A stretch of 61,413 nt of DNA. Origin: a virus (lineage: Duplodnaviria; Caudoviricetes). Positions 43,538 through 52,072 of this stretch are shown here, piece by piece. Below the pieces are notes generated by a model. The model was given only the letters and a program-made list of their open reading frames with translations. It had not been told where the DNA came from and made no database searches. The translations under genes and the position numbers were made by a program. Each line of letters opens with the position of its first letter. The first letter of the stretch is position 1. Location: the IMG/VR virus record IMGVR_UViG_3300044267_005592, positions 1 through 61,413 of that record; one strand, given 5' to 3'.

Positions 43538-45368
43538 ACGCTAATTCACCAGTAAGATTTGTCTCATCTTTTTCTTCGATAACTTTTGATAAATCAACAT
43601 TCGTTAAAGATTCCATCATCTCATTATACTTTTTTTCAGTGATATCTTCAAATGGGGCTTGAGTGTAGCTCCCTCCGTCATATGGAAGTACTGATAAACC
43701 ATTATAGGATTTTCTATTCTCCCACATCCACTCTCCTGCTAAATCCCAATCGTTTTCTTTTAAAGAAATTGTTGCTGAAACATTATGAGTATTCGAACCA
43801 TTTCTATGCCCAGAAGCAACCCATTCAGTAGCTATTTTTTTAACTCTTTCCAGTAGTTGGAATGGAGACTCTGTTCTAAGTATTGCGCCTTTAGGGGCTT
43901 TTTGTGGTATTTGAATCACAGCAGTATCATGTGGTCTGAAGTACTCATCTTCGACTAATTCAGGATGGTTTTCATTTAGATAACCATATATAGATTCGTT
44001 CTTACCAACTCTAATTCTACGAATATAATAATCGTTATGCCAAGCGTGTATACCAGAACTAGTTCCTAATGTTAGAGAAGTAGTTCCTGCAGGTTTTACA
44101 GTTGTACATCTAGCGGCTTTATTTATTCCTAAAATCTTTGATACTCTAGTATTTTCTCTTTTAACAATACTAGCTGCTTTTTTCATGTCATAACCTAGAA
44201 CTGTACCAGAACCTATACCAGTCATACTCACGCCTATTAAAGCATCTTTTTCTGTTGTCTCTTGCCATATAGGTCTTAAATAGTGAAATTCTGTATATCC
44301 TGCTTGGAGAGTTCCAATAAATGCAGCAGCTTTAACTCTAGAATTTAAATCTTCTTGTGATTCTATATTTGAAACATTTACTTCACATAAGTTACAAAAT
44401 TGGAAAGGTCTTAATGCAATTTCACAACAAGGATTAGTTCCCCAATCTTTATCATTATTAAGATATATACCAGGTTCACCTGCTCCTGATAGTTCTACTC
44501 TTTTCCATAAGTCCATAAAAAACTCTTTAGTTATTTTATGTCTCATAAGTACTGCAGAATTATTTGCTCTACCTCTCTGTGCATTTAATTCCCACCAATT
44601 ACCAGATTTACACCCTATCATTTGGTCATCATCTGCACTAAATAAACTGATAAGTGCTGCTCTACGAATACCACCAGCTAATACAGCATCGGCTATGTGA
44701 CAAACCATGTCGTGAGCTTCTAAAGTAGTTATACTATCTCCAGTTTCTTTCTGTTCTAAAATCCCAGTTAATTTTAAAATACATTCTTTTAATGGTTGAG
44801 GTCCAGGAGCTTTACCACCTGAAGTTACTAACCTAGAACCTTTTGGTCTGATATCTGAATAGTCAAATTCTACTCTACTTCCACCACCATTCATATATGA
44901 CTTCATAAGAACTTTAATAGCATCTGCCCAACCTTCTATTGAATCTCCAATTAAAAACCTTCTAGTTCTTTTTGGATATGGTTTATTTATTACTGGGAGT
45001 TTTTCAACGTGATGTTTCTGAACCGAATAGCCTACTCCTGTACCACCTAATAATAAAAACATTGTTTCCGAAAATGAATCAATAGAATCTATTGGAAGGT
45101 ATGCACAATTATAAACTCTATTTGGACTTATTTCAATTGGCTTTCCTGCAAATTGCATACTCCTCATAGATGGAAGTACTTTCTTTTCAAATACAAATTT
45201 GTAAGCTTCTTGAATTTCTTCTGTTAATTTGGGGTATTTCTTTATGTGCATATTCACATTTCGAGTTACTAATTCTTCCCACGTTTCTCTCCGGTTTAAT
45301 TCCGGTACATACTTAGCATACTTCATGTAGACAGTAATGTCACTAAGTATTCTTGTAGATACTTCCAT
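43509..45368 (-). CDS. nrdJ: Class II (adenosylcobalamin-dependent) ribonucleotide reductase
   Basis: NCAY, GGIRRAALI, TNPCCEI, TTVKPAGT, C-terminal CAGGSC; no small subunit nearby. Confidence 0.88.
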   Translation of the reverse strand: MEVSTRILSDITVYMKYAKYVPELNRRETWEELVTRNVNMHIKKYPKLTEEIQEAYKFVFEKKVLPSMRSMQFAGKPIEISPNRVYNCAYLPIDSIDSFSETMFLLLGGTGVGYSVQKHHVEKLPVINKPYPKRTRRFLIGDSIEGWADAIKVLMKSYMNGGGSRVEFDYSDIRPKGSRLVTSGGKAPGPQPLKECILKLTGILEQKETGDSITTLEAHDMVCHIADAVLAGGIRRAALISLFSADDDQMIGCKSGNWWELNAQRGRANNSAVLMRHKITKEFFMDLWKRVELSGAGEPGIYLNNDKDWGTNPCCEIALRPFQFCNLCEVNVSNIESQEDLNSRVKAAAFIGTLQAGYTEFHYLRPIWQETTEKDALIGVSMTGIGSGTVLGYDMKKAASIVKRENTRVSKILGINKAARCTTVKPAGTTSLTLGTSSGIHAWHNDYYIRRIRVGKNESIYGYLNENHPELVEDEYFRPHDTAVIQIPQKAPKGAILRTESPFQLLERVKKIATEWVASGHRNGSNTHNVSATISLKENDWDLAGEWMWENRKSYNGLSVLPYDGGSYTQAPFEDITEKKYNEMMESLTNVDLSKVIEEKDETNLTGELACAGGSCEIV

Positions 45369-45464
45369 TTCTAAATTCCTTCTAATTTTTTATATTTTTT
45401 TGAATACCCAATAACCTTTATTGTTTCTGAGCTCAAATATAATTATCAATATATGAATATATGT

Positions 45465-46826
45465 TTAGTCCTTTTTATTATTTAATTCGTTAAATTTTTG
45501 TTTCAAAACTTGTCTTACATATTCATTACTATTATTCATCTCATTCTGTGTTTGTTGTCCTCCCAAAGAAGTCTGTTCGAAGATTTCTATCTTACCATTA
45601 CTAGCATTTATTTTACTAGGAAAAGTAATTCCGTCGGGACCAAACCTATTCTTAATAACGTGCCATCTTCCTGTTCCTGCTAACTTATCTTCTATCTTTC
45701 TACTTAAAGAAACTACAAAATCTGCAGTCATTATTTTTGTATAAGATTCGGCTATTTTTTCTGCACCAATCACATCATCTTCTAATGCACTTCTATTTGC
45801 TTGGGATGCTGTCCATATTGGTACTTCTTGTTCTCCAGCTAAACCTCTTAAGTCTTCGTAAATATTCCCAAGTATGTGTCTCATCTCTCTACCTCTACCA
45901 CCAATATCTCTTAGCAGGTCCGCGTAGTCAACTACAACTAAATCTGGTTTTTGTCCATGGATTTTACACCTTTCTATATGAGCGGCAAGACCACTTACAG
46001 AACAAGCTTTAGTTGGAAAGTACTTTATAGTAAGATTTCCTTTAATGTGTTTAAGCCTTTTTTCAACTTCTGGAATATGGTATCGTAAATCTTGTGCTGC
46101 TATACCAGTAAAAACTGAATCATATCTTAGACCAACATAATGTTCATTCAGTTCCATAGTGTAGTGTATAACATTCAGTCCTGCTTTTAAAGCTGCAACT
46201 CCAATGTTTACTAAAGCCCAAGATTTACCAATACCAGAAGGAGCTACCATAACTCCTAACTCACCTTTGCCTAATCCACCATCGGCAAGGTCATCTATAA
46301 TTTCCCAACCTGTACTAACAGAATTTCTAACAGATTCTTCATACCTTAAACTAATTTCATTCTGGTAATCATGTCCTATATTCCTTTCACTACCAGCTTT
46401 CATTGCTTCATCTACTCTACTCTTTATACCATCATAGTCTCCAGCTTGTAATAAATCTACCGATTCCATTATAGCTGCTTTTAGTACTTGATTCTTACAA
46501 AAGTCTAAAGCTTTTTGTTTTACGAAATCTCTATCCGTAGTTTCTAGGTTCTTATATACGTCTTTTAAATGCTGTACAACGGTGGTTTCTAGCAAGTCAT
46601 TATCTATATCTTTTATTTTAACTTTCATTACCTCCATAGTTGGAGAGTCTTTGAATTCTATAAAATAATCTTTTACTGACTTTACTATAAATTGATTTGC
46701 CTCAGATTCAAAAAATCTAGGTTCTAGAATATCACTAATCTGCTGTAGAAAGTGTTTATCTGTAAATAATAGAGCTATAATTTTTATTTGGAAATTGTAG
46801 CCCCAATCTGAAAGTTTGTTGGTCAT
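45465..46826 (-). CDS. DnaB/T4 gp41-like replicative helicase
   Basis: APSGIGKS, YTMEL, VVVDYADL, WTASQANR, KNRFG. Confidence 0.92.
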   Translation of the reverse strand: MTNKLSDWGYNFQIKIIALLFTDKHFLQQISDILEPRFFESEANQFIVKSVKDYFIEFKDSPTMEVMKVKIKDIDNDLLETTVVQHLKDVYKNLETTDRDFVKQKALDFCKNQVLKAAIMESVDLLQAGDYDGIKSRVDEAMKAGSERNIGHDYQNEISLRYEESVRNSVSTGWEIIDDLADGGLGKGELGVMVAPSGIGKSWALVNIGVAALKAGLNVIHYTMELNEHYVGLRYDSVFTGIAAQDLRYHIPEVEKRLKHIKGNLTIKYFPTKACSVSGLAAHIERCKIHGQKPDLVVVDYADLLRDIGGRGREMRHILGNIYEDLRGLAGEQEVPIWTASQANRSALEDDVIGAEKIAESYTKIMTADFVVSLSRKIEDKLAGTGRWHVIKNRFGPDGITFPSKINASNGKIEIFEQTSLGGQQTQNEMNNSNEYVRQVLKQKFNELNNKKD

Positions 46827-46834
46827 AATTTTTT

Positions 46835-47878
46835 CTAATCGTGTGTCATACTAGCATAAACGTCTAGACTAAAAAAGGTTTCTTTTAGCCAAAATTCTGG
46901 GCTTTTAACTAGCCAGAGTCTATCTTCTAATATGAACTTTAAAAATTCATACTTTATCATTCTTTGTACAGGCTTCTGGACTATGTATCTGATGGATTCT
47001 TTTATAGTACCAGAAATATCTGTTTCTTTAAGCTGCATTAAATCGTAATTTAATTCTAGCTTTTGTGTAGATTCTGAAAGCTTTGTCATTATAGCATTAG
47101 AATCTTTATTGTCTTTTATATAAGTAAGGATATCCTTTAAAGATATTTCCTTATCTTGAAATAAAATAGGTATATTCTTTTCTAAAGTTTTTTTACCTAA
47201 GCCTTTTATACCGGGGACATTGTCGCCTTTGTCTCCCATTAAGGTTTTATATAGTATATAGTTTTGACTGTTACAGCCAAAAGTGTCTTTAACATTTTCT
47301 TTAAAAAAGAATTTTTTCTTAGTTGGGGCCCAGACTACAACACGGTCATCGACCAGTTGGAGAAAGTCGGTATCGCTAGACATTATAAAGCATTGGCTTT
47401 TTGGATAGACTTGCTGACATATATATGCAATTGCGTCATCAGCTTCGATGTTCTCTGTTGCCATAACCGTGACTGGTAGCTTTTCCAGGTATTCTACCAA
47501 TCTTTGAAGCTGTTGACCCATAGCAACCTTCTCGTCATCTACAGAAGTGAAGTTATCCAATCTAGTTAACCTGCGGTTAACCGCTCGATTAGCTTTGTAA
47601 TCTGGGTACATCTTTTTCCTTCTCTTACTACCACCTTTACCATCAAAGCATATTATAACCCTAGTAGGTTTTATTTGCCTTATAGCATGGCCTATTGAAA
47701 GTAAGAATCCTTTAATCCCCCCAACATGTATACCATCCTCGTTCTTGGATGGGTTGATGGTAAAACTACGAATGAACGTGTTTAAACCATCTATTAATAA
47801 GACTCTGTCATCAGAGCCTTTAGATTTTAGACTAGTAGGCTTTAGCCCACTTAGCATTTCTTTATAAGCTTTCTTCAT
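46835..47878 (-). CDS. 5'-3' exonuclease / flap nuclease (PolI N-terminal or T4 RNase H type)
   Basis: LIDGLN, FDG, YKANR, EADD, SDTDFLQL, GDKGDNVPGIKGLG; probable start ATG 47878. Confidence 0.9.
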   Translation of the reverse strand: MKKAYKEMLSGLKPTSLKSKGSDDRVLLIDGLNTFIRSFTINPSKNEDGIHVGGIKGFLLSIGHAIRQIKPTRVIICFDGKGGSKRRKKMYPDYKANRAVNRRLTRLDNFTSVDDEKVAMGQQLQRLVEYLEKLPVTVMATENIEADDAIAYICQQVYPKSQCFIMSSDTDFLQLVDDRVVVWAPTKKKFFFKENVKDTFGCNSQNYILYKTLMGDKGDNVPGIKGLGKKTLEKNIPILFQDKEISLKDILTYIKDNKDSNAIMTKLSESTQKLELNYDLMQLKETDISGTIKESIRYIVQKPVQRMIKYEFLKFILEDRLWLVKSPEFWLKETFFSLDVYASMTHD

Positions 47879-47906
47879 AAGTAAATATTTTTTTAGATTG
47901 TATACT

Positions 47907-47925
47907 ACAATATACGAAATCTTTT
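47907..47925 (-). promoter_or_regulatory. Putative early/middle promoter (AAAAGATTTCGTATATTGT)
   Basis: Repeated motif; near-identical to 49982-50000. Confidence 0.6.
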
Positions 47926-47931
47926 CGACAT

Positions 47932-47989
47932 AAAAAAATAATTTAGGTGACAATTTGTCAAATTAGCATGACTATTTGTCACCCAAATT
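47932..47989 (-). terminator. Long hairpin with U-tract after recA; possibly also an operator
   Basis: 21-bp imperfect inverted repeat (47940-47960 / 47969-47989), 8-nt loop, followed by a U-run on the minus strand. Confidence 0.6.
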
Positions 47990-47994
47990 TTTTG

Positions 47995-48059
47995 CCAGTG
48001 GGGAGGGTTTTGCGTTCACCTGATGCCGGTCTTAGGATATATTAACTCACCTCCCTTGG
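47995..48059 (-). ncRNA. Candidate GC-rich structured RNA in the recA 3' UTR
   Basis: CCA/UGG and GGGAGG/CCUCCC stems close a ~65-nt GC-rich island in an AT-rich genome. Confidence 0.35.
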
Positions 48060-48066
48060 ACTTATT

Positions 48067-49185
48067 TTATCCTGTAGGAACGTCGTCGTTTCCTATTTCA
48101 ATATCATCGATACCAAGATTCTCTGGTTTATACTTCATAATGTAATTATCACAAATTTTATCGTAAATTTCTTCTTTTAATTCTAAATTTCCTAGTAATA
48201 GTTTTTCAAAATCTTTAGACATAAATTTATAATCTTTACCATTTTCATCTGTATAGGTATACCAGCTACCTCCTTGTTTAACTAAGTTATGGTTCTTCAT
48301 AACATGTAGCCATCCACCAAAATCATCAACACCTTTTTCAAAGTATATATCAAATTCTGCTGTTCTTAATGGAGGTCCCATTCTGTTCTTGACTACAACT
48401 GCTTTAGTTTTAATACCAACTACATGGTCTTTACCATTAATCTTAGTTTTAATCTGTCCAGCAGCTTTTAGTCTTAATCTACAAGAACTGTGAAACTGTA
48501 TTGCTTTTCCACCACTTGTTGTCCAAGGGTCTCCAAACATAACCCCTAGTTTTTGTCTAAGCTGATTTGTAAAGACTAAAGCTATTCTCTGTCTACCAAT
48601 CATTTGGGTAACTTTTCTCATAGCTTTAGAAAGTATGATAGCTTTCTGTGTTGCATAACCAGCTTGGTCAAAATCATCTGCTTGTTCTACTTTAGTTGTT
48701 GAACCAGAAACTGAATCTACTACTATAGTTACTAGTTTATCTTTGTCAGATTCTCTAACTTTAGTAATAATACTTTCTATTACTTCAAAAATATCTTCTA
48801 TAGCTTCTAGTTGAACGTATAACATATTCTTAGCATCTACACCGATAGCAGCAATAAACTCTTCGTTCATAGCATTTTCGGTATCTATATAAACTGCAAG
48901 TCCACCTTTCTTTTGGGTATTCGCTAACAGATGGGCAGCAAGCAGGGATTTCCCACTTGCTTCCATACCTGTCAGTTCAGTAATTCTTCCTACTGGAATA
49001 CCACCGTTGGGCCGATTTGAAATAGCTAAGTCAAGCATTGATGAACCTGTTCCAATCCACTCCGTCAAATCTGTTGGAGTTTCTTCGCTCCCATCTAAAA
49101 AATATGCAACTTTATAATCTTTAAACTTTTTGTTTAAAGAGTCTGCTAAAATAGTTGCCATTTGGTCTCTTGTACTTTTTGCCAT
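48067..49185 (-). CDS. recA: RecA/UvsX recombinase
   Basis: GGIPVGRITELTGMEASGKS, YIDTE, VVDSV, FTNQLR, SGGKAIQF, KNRMGPP. Confidence 0.93.
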   Translation of the reverse strand: MAKSTRDQMATILADSLNKKFKDYKVAYFLDGSEETPTDLTEWIGTGSSMLDLAISNRPNGGIPVGRITELTGMEASGKSLLAAHLLANTQKKGGLAVYIDTENAMNEEFIAAIGVDAKNMLYVQLEAIEDIFEVIESIITKVRESDKDKLVTIVVDSVSGSTTKVEQADDFDQAGYATQKAIILSKAMRKVTQMIGRQRIALVFTNQLRQKLGVMFGDPWTTSGGKAIQFHSSCRLRLKAAGQIKTKINGKDHVVGIKTKAVVVKNRMGPPLRTAEFDIYFEKGVDDFGGWLHVMKNHNLVKQGGSWYTYTDENGKDYKFMSKDFEKLLLGNLELKEEIYDKICDNYIMKYKPENLGIDDIEIGNDDVPTG

Positions 49186-49196
49186 TCTAAATCCTC

Positions 49197-49946
49197 TTAC
49201 TGATTAAATAAATCGTCAAATGCTTTGTCGATATTATCATTACTTTTAGCCGCAGCAGCAACTGGTTGTGCAGTTGGTTCTGAAGCATTTTCACTACCTT
49301 CACCTAACCATTCTTCAAGAGCTAATTTTAAATCTTCATAAGATGATTTTCGGTAAACTTCATAAATTTCTGACTGACCACTTACTATCTTTTCTGCGAT
49401 ATTCTTATCTTCAGTAGCTGGTGTTTGACTTGGTTTAACCATGATAGAAGTTTTAGGCCATTTTTCTGCACCTTCTGGTGGAGTAAAAGTAACTTTAATA
49501 TCTCTACCGTTTGTTAAATCTGTAACATCACCATAATCTGGGTCAGCAATAAATTCTAAAAGTTCTTGGTATATTTGTTTTCCAAATCCCCAAAACTTAA
49601 CACCTTCTGATTCTTTTCCTCTAACAATAACTGGAACAAAAGTTCTCATTTTTGGTTCCATTTTTTTAGCTAGTTTCCAATCGTCAGAATTACCTGTAGC
49701 TTTTAGTTTATCAGAAAACTCAGCAATTGGGTCATTCTCACCGAATGTAACTAAAGATAAGTAATTTTTCTTACCTAAGTCGTAGTGAAAGAATAACTCA
49801 ATAAATGGGTTTTCTTTATTAAATTGATAAGGAACTATACGTATAGTATTTTGTCCCGGTTCTGGTTTCCATAATAACGATGTCTTGTTATTAGTAGTTT
49901 GTAAGCTTCCTAGCTTACGTCTGATTGCATTAATGTCAATTGCCAT
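49197..49946 (-). CDS. T4 gp32-like single-stranded DNA-binding protein
   Basis: WKP...IRIVP, GVKFWGFG, GRDIKV, acidic tail AFDDLFNQ; sits next to recA. Confidence 0.8.
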   Translation of the reverse strand: MAIDINAIRRKLGSLQTTNNKTSLLWKPEPGQNTIRIVPYQFNKENPFIELFFHYDLGKKNYLSLVTFGENDPIAEFSDKLKATGNSDDWKLAKKMEPKMRTFVPVIVRGKESEGVKFWGFGKQIYQELLEFIADPDYGDVTDLTNGRDIKVTFTPPEGAEKWPKTSIMVKPSQTPATEDKNIAEKIVSGQSEIYEVYRKSSYEDLKLALEEWLGEGSENASEPTAQPVAAAAKSNDNIDKAFDDLFNQ

Positions 49947-49981
49947 TTTGTAATCTCTCCTTTGTTTTTGTTAATAATTAT

Positions 49982-50000
49982 TAAATATACGAAATCTTTT
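49982..50000 (-). promoter_or_regulatory. Putative early/middle promoter (AAAAGATTTCGTATATTTA)
   Basis: Repeated motif upstream of the SSB gene. Confidence 0.6.
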
Positions 50001-50004
50001 CCAA

Positions 50005-50901
50005 TTAAAAAAACTTTAAAAGGGTTTTTTCTTTGGCTTTCGCTTCAACCACACAATCGAAATCCCAACCGTAATCTTTTGGTTTTTCGAGAATATAATC
50101 TGAATGAGCTTGTGGTTTAATAGACTCGTCCAGTTTTTCTTTTGCTCTAGATTCTGAATAGTGTGTACAAGGTCTTATGCCTTTGGGCCAAGTACTTAAT
50201 GCTAATTTTAGAGCTTGTTGTTCTGTCATATCCCCAGTACAGAATTTGTGATGGTGATAGTCGAACACTATAGGAATACCAATAACTTTGTATACACCTT
50301 CGTACAAATCTAATACAGAGTACATACTAGCTTTATCGTCGTTTTCTACTGTAAGCCTTTTAGCAGTACAAGGTAATAAACGTTTGTAGTTTTTACAAAA
50401 CCTTTCTAGTGCAGAAGCTTTGTCGCCATAAGCACCACCAACATGTATATTAATTTTTGCTGCTGGTGATTGTGGTAGACCCATTAAGTCCATAATTTGA
50501 CCTGCACGGTTTAGTTCTACAAGACTAGATTCTACTACTTTTTCATTTGGAGAAGCTAATACACAGAATTGTGCTGGATGGAAACTTAAACGTTGACCAT
50601 ACTTTTTAGCTAGATTACCTGCACTTTTTAAAAGAGTGCATATTTTTTTGTAATCTGGTAATTCTGTGAATTCGTATTCTGAATCCCAAGGGAAAATTCT
50701 AGAAGACATACGATAGACTTTTATGTCTTTTGTATGGTTCCACTTTATTATTTCTATTAAATCTTTAATGTTTTGTATTGCGATTTCTGAAACGTAAGGA
50801 AGACCTTTTGCATCGAAAGTACGACGAATCATACCACGACCAGTGAAGATACCTTTACTTTGAAGTTCCGTATTGATACACGCATAACCTAAATTTACCA
50901 T
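50005..50901 (-). CDS. uvsE: UV-damage endonuclease
   Basis: LGYACIN, YRMSS, RLSFHPAQF, NIHVGG, VENDD, FDYHHH, HYSES, HSD, EAKAKE. Confidence 0.92.
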   Translation of the reverse strand: MVNLGYACINTELQSKGIFTGRGMIRRTFDAKGLPYVSEIAIQNIKDLIEIIKWNHTKDIKVYRMSSRIFPWDSEYEFTELPDYKKICTLLKSAGNLAKKYGQRLSFHPAQFCVLASPNEKVVESSLVELNRAGQIMDLMGLPQSPAAKINIHVGGAYGDKASALERFCKNYKRLLPCTAKRLTVENDDKASMYSVLDLYEGVYKVIGIPIVFDYHHHKFCTGDMTEQQALKLALSTWPKGIRPCTHYSESRAKEKLDESIKPQAHSDYILEKPKDYGWDFDCVVEAKAKEKTLLKFF

Positions 50902-50946
50902 AGTTTACTTCTTTATTTAATTCTTAGTTAGTATTTATTATTTGCT

Positions 50947-50965
50947 ATAATATAATAAATCTTTT
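50947..50965 (-). promoter_or_regulatory. Putative early/middle promoter (AAAAGATTTATTATATTAT)
   Basis: Repeated motif upstream of uvsE. Confidence 0.55.
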
Positions 50966-51000
50966 GCAATTACCACGATGTTTTACGGGTTATTTTCAAA

Positions 51001-51016
51001 AAAGTTATTAACAATT
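51001..51016 (-). promoter_or_regulatory. 16-bp upstream element AATTGTTAATAACTTT, copy 2
   Basis: Exact copy of 39808-39823. Confidence 0.55.
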
Positions 51017-51041
51017 TATTTTTTAATTTTTATTTTTTAGT

Positions 51042-51383
51042 CTATAGCATTACCCATATCCAAATTGAACCATGAACTCCAGTTGGAGAATGGTCTTGTA
51101 TATCGACATCTTCAATATACTTTTCCATCTTCTTTGCAGCTTTACTAGCTCTCCTTCTTGCGTTTTCTGTTTCTTTCTTTAGAATATCTCGACCTGCTTT
51201 AGTTACTATTTGTGTTCCTGCAGAAGGATAGTCTTTAATTGGAAATTCAAACCAACTACCAACACCTTTAGCTTTTTTAGCGTGTACACCACCATACATT
51301 TTTGCAATCTTTTGAACCGCTTTCATCTGGTCTCTGATATCCATGCTAGATATATTTTCTATTAAGTTTTTTAATTTAATCAT
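51042..51383 (-). CDS. Hypothetical protein with MIKLKNLIE leader
   Basis: Shared leader motif. Confidence 0.65.
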   Translation of the reverse strand: MIKLKNLIENISSMDIRDQMKAVQKIAKMYGGVHAKKAKGVGSWFEFPIKDYPSAGTQIVTKAGRDILKKETENARRRASKAAKKMEKYIEDVDIQDHSPTGVHGSIWIWVML

Positions 51384-51601
51384 TTTAATGTATCACTTTT
51401 TGCTTTACAAGAATCAAGTTCTAACTTTAATTCGTATGCTACTGACCTACACAATTCATCTTGGAAATCATAAGTAGCTTTATCAGATTTCATTTGTTCT
51501 AGTAGTTCAGCATTTTTTGCTACTTGTTCGTCATACAATTTACTAGATACTACACATGAACTTAATGTTAATAGTATCGATATTATAAATAGTTTTTTCA
51601 T
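51380..51601 (-). CDS. Small lipoprotein with coiled coil
   Basis: Lipobox TLSS-C. Confidence 0.65.
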   Translation of the reverse strand: MKKLFIISILLTLSSCVVSSKLYDEQVAKNAELLEQMKSDKATYDFQDELCRSVAYELKLELDSCKAKSDTLK

Positions 51602-51608
51602 AATCTAT

Positions 51609-51860
51609 CTACTTCATTTTATTAACAAATTTCTTTAGGGTTTCTATCATCTTTATGGTATCTGGTACTGTTCTGTGATAAGTTTCCGCCCACTTTAAAG
51701 TCTTTTTATGTTTTGCTTTATCAATATCACTAGCTAAAGAATTCAGTGCTCTTGCAAGTTGCCAGCCAGGAGTATTTGTATCCTCTTCTTCGCTTAACTG
51801 GGTTTCTCTTATCCACTTACCGTGATTAAAAGTACCATTTTTGTTTACATATTTTCCCAT
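51609..51860 (-). CDS. Hypothetical protein
   Basis: ORF track; operon context. Confidence 0.6.
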   Translation of the reverse strand: MGKYVNKNGTFNHGKWIRETQLSEEEDTNTPGWQLARALNSLASDIDKAKHKKTLKWAETYHRTVPDTIKMIETLKKFVNKMK

Positions 51861-51862
51861 TT

Positions 51863-52045
51863 TTATTCTTTGCCTTCTGCAACTGAAGCTTTCCGGTAAT
51901 CAGTTACTAATTTTTTAATTTCACCTAAACCTTTTCTAGCTCTTGTTCCTGCAGCTTTGTTTCCTTTTTCTGTAAATTTTCTATGATTCTCTTGGAATGA
52001 TTCCCATAGGTCATTCAAATTATTGTATAATTGAGTTGTACTCAT
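51863..52045 (-). CDS. Histone H1-like (Hc1-family) small DNA-binding protein
   Basis: KGNKAAGTRARKGLGEIKKL...YRKAS. Confidence 0.7.
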   Translation of the reverse strand: MSTTQLYNNLNDLWESFQENHRKFTEKGNKAAGTRARKGLGEIKKLVTDYRKASVAEGKE

Positions 52046-52061
52046 AACATTTTCTCCTTTT

Positions 52062-52072
52062 ATATAAATATC
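52062..52072 (-). promoter_or_regulatory. GATATTTATAT, putative late promoter
   Basis: Directly upstream of AGGAG and the Hc1-like gene. Confidence 0.6.

Noticed and set aside
47983-47997. Sigma54-like TGGCA-N6-TTG on the minus strand
   Set aside because: The -12 GC is imperfect, it is a single occurrence, and it would fire directly into a terminator-like hairpin.
47995-48059. Hammerhead or twister ribozyme, or tRNA
   Set aside because: CUGAUG is not followed by the A and GAAA core, the twister P4 and pseudoknot partners are absent, and there is no cloverleaf or T-loop. I saw no tRNA anywhere in the window.
37296-49185. Inteins or introns in PolB, RNR, helicase and RecA; stop-codon reassignment
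   Set aside because: All have normal lengths and continuous motifs, and genes end at TAA, TAG and TGA with tight coupling, consistent with the standard code.
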